A DNA stretch of 64,000 nt from Azolla caroliniana (lineage: Eukaryota > Plantae > Polypodiophyta): contig JBHGNT010000001.1 in assembly GCA_043228905.1 (NCBI GenBank), positions 32,488,001-32,552,000 of the forward strand. The letters are read 5' to 3'. This document shows, one piece after another, positions 57,690 to 64,000 of the stretch (its first letter is position 1; each line of letters begins with the position of its first letter). Both the position numbers and the translations under genes were made by a program. The notes under the pieces are model-generated. The model did no database searches and was not told where the DNA came from. It saw only the letters and a list, made by a program, of their open reading frames with translations.

Positions 57690-60600
57690 ATGGCTCAAAA
57701 TAACGACCCGATGTCATCCGCTCAAGCGGAAGGAACTCAAGGAAATCCTCCTGGACAAATGTCCATTGAGATGTATTTTTCACAAATAAGCGAATACCTT
57801 AGTTTCACCGCTCAACAGATGACCAAACATTGGCAATTTCAAAGTGCTCTTGAGGCACATGTCATTAGTTTACAACGTGAGACTAATAGACCTGATGAGG
57901 GACAGGGTGAACCATTGTTTGTCGTTAAGCCATTTACGGGAGAAAAAAAGGAAAGAACCGAAGAAGCAATCTACACGTGGTTGGGCCGATGGGAGTTTCA
58001 TTTTGAGCTCTATCCCACGCCAGATAGTACAAAGATTATATATGTCGGCCGAGAACTAGGGGGTAAGGCCGACACCTGGTGGCGTGGGCTCCGAACTTTG
58101 GGGAAATTGCCCGATACCTGGACAGATTTTGTCACAATTTTTAAGGGCCAATTTCTGCAACCTCCCTCTCGAACTGAGGCAGCACAAGCTTTAATGAACC
58201 TCTCTAGCAGGAAGTTTTCATTGCTAAAAGACTATGTTCACCATGCTACAACCCAAATCCAAAAATCGGGTCTAGAAGGGGACAACTGGTTAATAGCTTG
58301 TTTTGTCAATGGCATCCCCAATTCGGACTATCACTGGATAGTGCACGATAAGGATCCAAAATCCTTCGAAGAGGTTGTTGAAATAGTTCTTCGCTATCAA
58401 CACACGTCGAAGAAGGACCACAACAAACCCAACGAAGCGTCCGGGACTAATAAGTCGCAATTTGCTAGGAAACGCAAGACACCCAACGAATTCATGGATC
58501 ACAATTGTAAGTGACAACATCCTTTTTGTGTATTTTGAAAAAACAAGGGTCATTCAAAAGAGCAATGTCGAAAGCGGAAAGAGCACGAAAGCAAAGCTAA
58601 AGTTGTAGACCATAAAGGTCAAATTCCTAATGTCCTTCAGGTCTATACACATCATTTAAGTAATTGTCAATGTTCTTTCCCTCACTATGTATTAGGTCCC
58701 AATGATTTACTACGTACAAACGGGTATATCAATGGATCTCCCGTACAATTTTTGTTTGATTCGGGAAGCTCACACAACTTTGAATGATCGTTTGGTTCAG
58801 ATGTGGGGAATCCAACCCACTGTAAGTTATCACACCTATACGGTGCACTTGGTTGATGGAAGAGTACAATACATCAATGGGGCGATTCATTCATTAGGAA
58901 TTTCTATTGATACTTATGTAGAGGATGTAGACTTCCATGTAATGAATCTTTGTACCACTGATGTAATATTGGGTTATCCCTGGTTTTATAAGAAAAACTC
59001 TTCTTTATCTATTGATTGGGTTCATAATTCAATAACTTTTGTACTGAACGATTGTACTCATTTTATTCAATGTATAAAAAAACAATCCCTCTCGATTGTT
59101 TCCTCTCCATCAATATCTGAGTTGTCTTGTTCTACTCTATTTTATTGTGTACTTGATCCAAACATTCATGTTTACAATATCGATACTATCTCGGTTCAAT
59201 TAACATATTTTGAACAACAACAACTTGATGAAATCTTAAATGATTTTCGTGATGTTTTTTCGAGTGAACTACCAGATGGGTTACCTCCTAAACGTAATAT
59301 AGACCATCGTATAGATATTGTACATGGCGTTGCACCAATAAGTATACCTCCTTATTGCTTTAGTCGATCCGAAGAGGATGAGGTATCTAAGCAACTCAAG
59401 GAACATTTACGAATGGGTTATATACGTTATAGTAAATCTCCATGGTGTGCACCAGTTCTCTTGGTTAAAAAGAAAGAGGGCACATGGCGTATGTGTATTA
59501 ATTACCAACGCTTGAATAAAGTGACGATCAAGAATTCGTATCCATTGCCTCGGGCTGATGATCTAATTGACCGTCTCTAGGGAGCTCAGTATTTTATGAA
59601 ACTTGATCTCCGTACTGGCTACCATCAAATTCATATAAGTGAGGACGATGTTCCTAAAACGACATTTCGTACGCGCTATGGCCATTATGAGTTTTTTGTA
59701 TGCCTTTTGGTTTGACCAATGCTCCGGCTACATTTCAACAAGAAATGAATGACGTTTTCCGAGAACAACTTGGAAAATTTGTCGTTATTTTCTTGGATGA
59801 TATTTTAGTTTATAGGCGTACATTACAAGAACATGCTAAACATGTCCGCTTTGTTTTACAAACATTGCGTGACAAACAATTTTATGCGAAGATCTCAAAA
59901 TGTGAGTTCTTCAAGAAATCAATTACTTATCTTGGACATCTCATAACCGAATGAGGAGTTGAAATTGATCCTACTCGCATCGAGAAAATCAAGCTTTGGC
60001 CCACTCTTCGGAATATTCGAGAAGTTCAATCATTCCTTGGTTTTGTCGTGTTTTTGCGAAAATCCCTTTGTAATTACTCCCAATTGACGACGTCGTTTAT
60101 TAATCTTCTAAAAGTTCAAACACGTGCCAAGTCTACAAAACCTATTGTCTGGAATGCTACACTAGACCTCGCCTTTAAGGAACTCAAGGACCTAGTGTGC
60201 AAGGCTCCGTCACTTCTTTTACCCAATCCTTCAAAACCTTTTGAGGTTGAAACCGATGCAAGCGATTATGCTATAGGTGTTGTCTTATATCAAGAAAATA
60301 AACCAATAGCATTCGAGAGTAAGAAACTTGATTCTGCTCAATGTCGGTATACCGTTCAAGAAAAGCAATTATTTGCAGTTATACATGCACTCAAAACATG
60401 GCATCATTATCTTTATGGAAATCACTTTGTGGTAACTACAGACCACGAGCCCTTGAAATATTTTTGTGACCAACAAGACCTGAAAGGTCGTAAGGCACGA
60501 TGGGTTGATCTCATCCAAGACTTTGATTTTTCCATATGATATCGTAAAGGTTCCATGAACACTGTCGTTGATGCAGTAAGTCGCATCCGTGAAGTTAACA

Positions 60601-62111
60601 TGCTTAACTTCATTGAAATAACATTAGATCTTTATGATCACCTTCGAGGAAAGTATCTTGATGACAGTTATTTTGTGAAATACTAGGCAAGAGTTGACTC
60701 TGGAATAGACACCACCACATCCTCGAAGGAATACTTCCACATTCCTAACGGTCTGCTCTACTGTAATGGGAAGGTTTGTATTCCATATTTGCCTGAGGTC
60801 AAAAAGAGAATTCTTTTTGAATGCCATGATGCACGCTTGGGGCACCCTGGAATACATCGTACACTCATTCTAATCTCCACTCAATTCTATTGGCCTAAGA
60901 TGCGCCTTGACATACATAGCTATGTGATTAAATGTCACCAATGTCAGGTTAACAAATCCGAGCGACTTAAAGCCGCGAGACTTTTACATCCCTTGCACAT
61001 TCCCAATAATAAGTGGGAAAGTATATCCATGGATTTTATTGTTAGCCTTCCTCGCACCCAAAAAGGCCATGATGCCATCTGGGTTGTGGTTGATAGACTA
61101 ACTAAAATGGCCAGATTTATTGCTACTAAAACCACGGTAACAACTCTTGAATTGGGTTACCAATTCATTGACGAGTTATTTCATTTTTATGGGTTACCGA
61201 TGGATATTGTGAGTGATCGAGATCCAAAGTTTACTAGTGACTTCTGGACGCAAGTCTTCAAGAAGTTAGAAACTACATTGAGCATGAGCTCCACGGATCA
61301 TCCTCAATCCGATGGACAAGCAGAACGAGTAAATCAAATTATTGAGGACATGCTTCGAGCATATGTTGGTACAAAACCAACAACATGGGAACTTTATCTC
61401 CCAATTTTGGAGTTTTCTTATAATAGCTCCAAGCATACATCGACGAGATATAGTCCTTTTATGTTGATGTATAGTTTTCAGCCACGAGCCCCGATTGATG
61501 TAAATATACATCATGATGAGTTGCGAAGTATGCAAAACTTTATTTGGGATATGCAAGATATGTTGCATATTGCACGAGATAATATAAAAACTGCTCAAGA
61601 TAGAGCACATTTTTATGTCGATCATCATAGGCAACCTCGTGTATTCAACCCTGGACAGAAGGTATTTTTACGTGTACCTCACAATTCTAAGGCATTGTCT
61701 AAGGGTAAGTGTGCTAAGTTAGCCCCACGGTTTTGTGGACCTTTTACAGTCCTCAAACGCATTGGGTCATTAGCCTATCGTCTCGCTCTTCCCGATGGCG
61801 TTGAAATTCATCCAGTTTTTCATGTGAGTCGTCTAAAAGAACTTCTAGGTTCTGGTGACAATACAGTTACAACTGAAACTCTGGTTACTTCTGAAAAATT
61901 ATCTTCTAAACCACATGTACCAGAAAGAATTCTCGATGTTAAAACAAAAAAAATACGTACTAAAGAAATCCGAGAATTTAAAATAAAATGGATGGATAAA
62001 TCAATAAAAGATGCCACATGGGAACGCGTAAATTCTCTCAGAACTAACTTCCCTAACTTTCCATTGCAAGAGTGCAATGTTTTAAAGAGGGGGAGTATGT
62101 TACGGGCATGA
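57690..62111 (+). pseudogene. gag-pol of G with multiple stops and frameshifts
   Basis: FLFDSG protease, [12 protein letters not shown] and FLDD RT, ETDASD RNase H, SMDF/SDRD integrase, HPVFHVSRLK, and a chromodomain-like PERIL...IKW...ATWE. Confidence 0.92.
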
Positions 62112-63765
62112 CCATATAATATCCCGTGGTGAGAATTTACCGTAGTATTCTATACACGTGGATAAGTGTGAGGGTTAAACGAGAGTGTAAAGAAGGGGAG
62201 GTTTACTTTTAATCCTCAAGATTGAGACAACCCATTAGGCCAAGTGTGAACTTGCCTGGGGGCCTTGGGTATCGCTATAAATAAGAGGCCTAACTACCCT
62301 CATTTCATGATCTTTTGACTACGTTGAGACTCTGTTTCGTGGTGGTTCAACTCTTGTAGCAAGTGCGCTAACACCAGGTACAGCTCGACGCCACGACGGT
62401 GGTATGGGATGCCAATCGAGGCTCAAGTCCGTCTCAATCCCTTCGCTCGGGAGTGGTCGGGTGGATCAGCACCCCCCTTCTTTCTCTCTCTCCCTTCTAT
62501 CTATCTATCTATCTATCTATCATTCTTTTCTCCTTATCATACGCTTACATTAGATCATATCTCTAATACCTTTTGTTTTCTCTATGTACAATTTTCAAGC
62601 AATATACTAAGGTGCACGTTTCTTTTTTTTTAAAAGGGCTTCCACATATTTTGGTGAAGTTAAGAGTGAATTGTGGCTAATGGAGAGATTGTATGGGATC
62701 AAACCTGCAAGCTCCAAACCATGAGCTCAAAAGTGGATGCATCCAGAGACACTTGGCTCGTAAATGGTGAAAGGAACTAACACACAACGAGTCACAATAA
62801 TTGGTTCCATCAAAGTTGTGGGATGTGTTTTTTCATGATGGGGGAACAACTATATATGTCTAACTAATGGAAACAAATCAATATGTATGCAAACTCTATA
62901 TAGTGGGACAAAGTGCTTGGAAGGTGTACTTTTGGTCCGCAAATCCATAGGAATATAACTTTTTAAGGTTAGTACATGTTGGTTTAGTTTTTTTGCTATT
63001 TAGGCGAAAATTTCCATAAAAACATTGGCCATGCGCTTAGGTTCATGGAGTGAGGAAGAAATATATTTGAGTTGACTACATTAGTCATTAATGAGTGGCA
63101 TAGAGGCTTTGGGCACTTGAGTTTTTCCTAAAATTGTGGAAGATGCATGAAGATAAATTGATAGAATTCTTTCTCTAGCCAAACTCTACGACCATGTGTA
63201 ACAATCTCAATAGGATTATTAAATATTTGCAAATAAGCACTTGGAGCTTATGGAGAGAATTGAATTCCACAGAGACACCTACAAAACCCAAACTTATTCA
63301 CGTCATTACATTAGGAAGGGGATGGCATAATGATCCTATATGCAAAAGATCTCCTGAAATAATCTAACTCGTAACATCATATATTCAGGTCAAATATATA
63401 TATGCCAAGGTAATGGAAACTATGGTCTAGTTTTGTTTATATATATATGCCAAGGTATTGAACAAGTGATAAAAATAATTAATTCCAAGATATTGAAGAT
63501 AATTCTCATTTTTAGATGACAAAGATGTGACAAAGATGGATGATGTAAAAGGATGTTGAAGTAGTTTTAGGGAGTGACAGAGAGGCTAGATTATGTTTCA
63601 ATTACTTTTCAAATTTGGGGAGTGGTTTTCTCATTTTTTGGGGAGGATGAGTGGAGACAAACTGTCAAAAGGTATTGTACTAAGATGTATACATTTGATA
63701 GTAGGTTTTATGTATTGCTGGCTATGAGCAAATTGAATGTGGAAAATACAAGATTGTCTTAAGAT

Positions 63766-64000
63766 TAGGGATTGGCAACGGCTCGACTCAAGCCTAAACC
63801 GTTTGGCTTAGCCGGCTTGAAACGGCTTGGCGGCTCGGCTCGGCTCGGTTTAGGCTTGAACTTGCCTTAACGGTTTGAGCTCAGCTCAGCTTGGCTTGAG
63901 CCTCGCCAAACCGGCTCAAGCCGGCTAAACCGTTTAATCCGTTTATAAACTTTAGAGAGAGGGGGAGAGAGACAACAGACAAGGGGAAAGAGAGAGAGAG
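63766..64000. mobile_element. Probable terminus of a hAT-like DNA transposon
   Basis: Starts TAGGGATTGGCAACGG and is followed by dense GGCTC/GGCTT/AAACCG subterminal-type repeats. The other end is outside the window. Confidence 0.55.

Larger units (their letters stand above)
55433..62568 (+). mobile_element. Decayed full-length Ty3/gypsy chromovirus (element G)
   Basis: LTRs at 55433-55892 and 62098-62568; PBS TGGTTTCAGAGC at 55895-55906 (one mismatch to the iMet PBS); PPT AAAGAGGGGGAG; 5-bp TSD CCTTA/CCTTT. Confidence 0.93.
55322..62632 (+). mobile_element. Short 3' fragment of LINE family 1, split by element G (55322-55432 plus 62569-62632)
   Basis: AATAGAAGTGAGAT.AAATGTCTCCTT continues after G as TGTTTTCTCTATGTACA and is followed by AAAAGGGCTTCCACAT. 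Confidence 0.75.

Overview
Eukaryotic, TE-saturated window from a land plant, probably a seed-free plant such as a fern (inference from the PPR-like and LINE-like remnants). About 1-10.5 kb and 17.9-39.4 kb are two nests of one GC/CpG-rich non-chromovirus Ty3/gypsy clade: seven whole or partial copies (A, A', B, C, D, E, F) with four LTR subtypes. Shared traits are TGTCG...GACA termini, a tRNA-Trp PBS, a Gag-protease ORF joined to Pol by a probable -1 frameshift at GGATTTT, and a covarying hairpin before the PPT. Copies E and F are intact. The main observation is that all six independent insertion junctions are 4-bp N-CG-N sites (ACGA, GCGC, CCGT seen on both sides; ACGC, GCGG, ACGT on one side). 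This suggests a CpG-targeting integrase that favours the clade's own CpG-rich copies in an AT-rich host. Between the nests is a Mutator-like element with ~110-bp TIRs, an apparent 12-bp TSD and an intact-looking transposase ORF. The AT-rich right part has nested truncated L1-like LINEs with TSDs, a PPR remnant, one nsLTP-like host gene, a decayed chromovirus and the start of a hAT-like element. All calls were made by eye, with no database searches.
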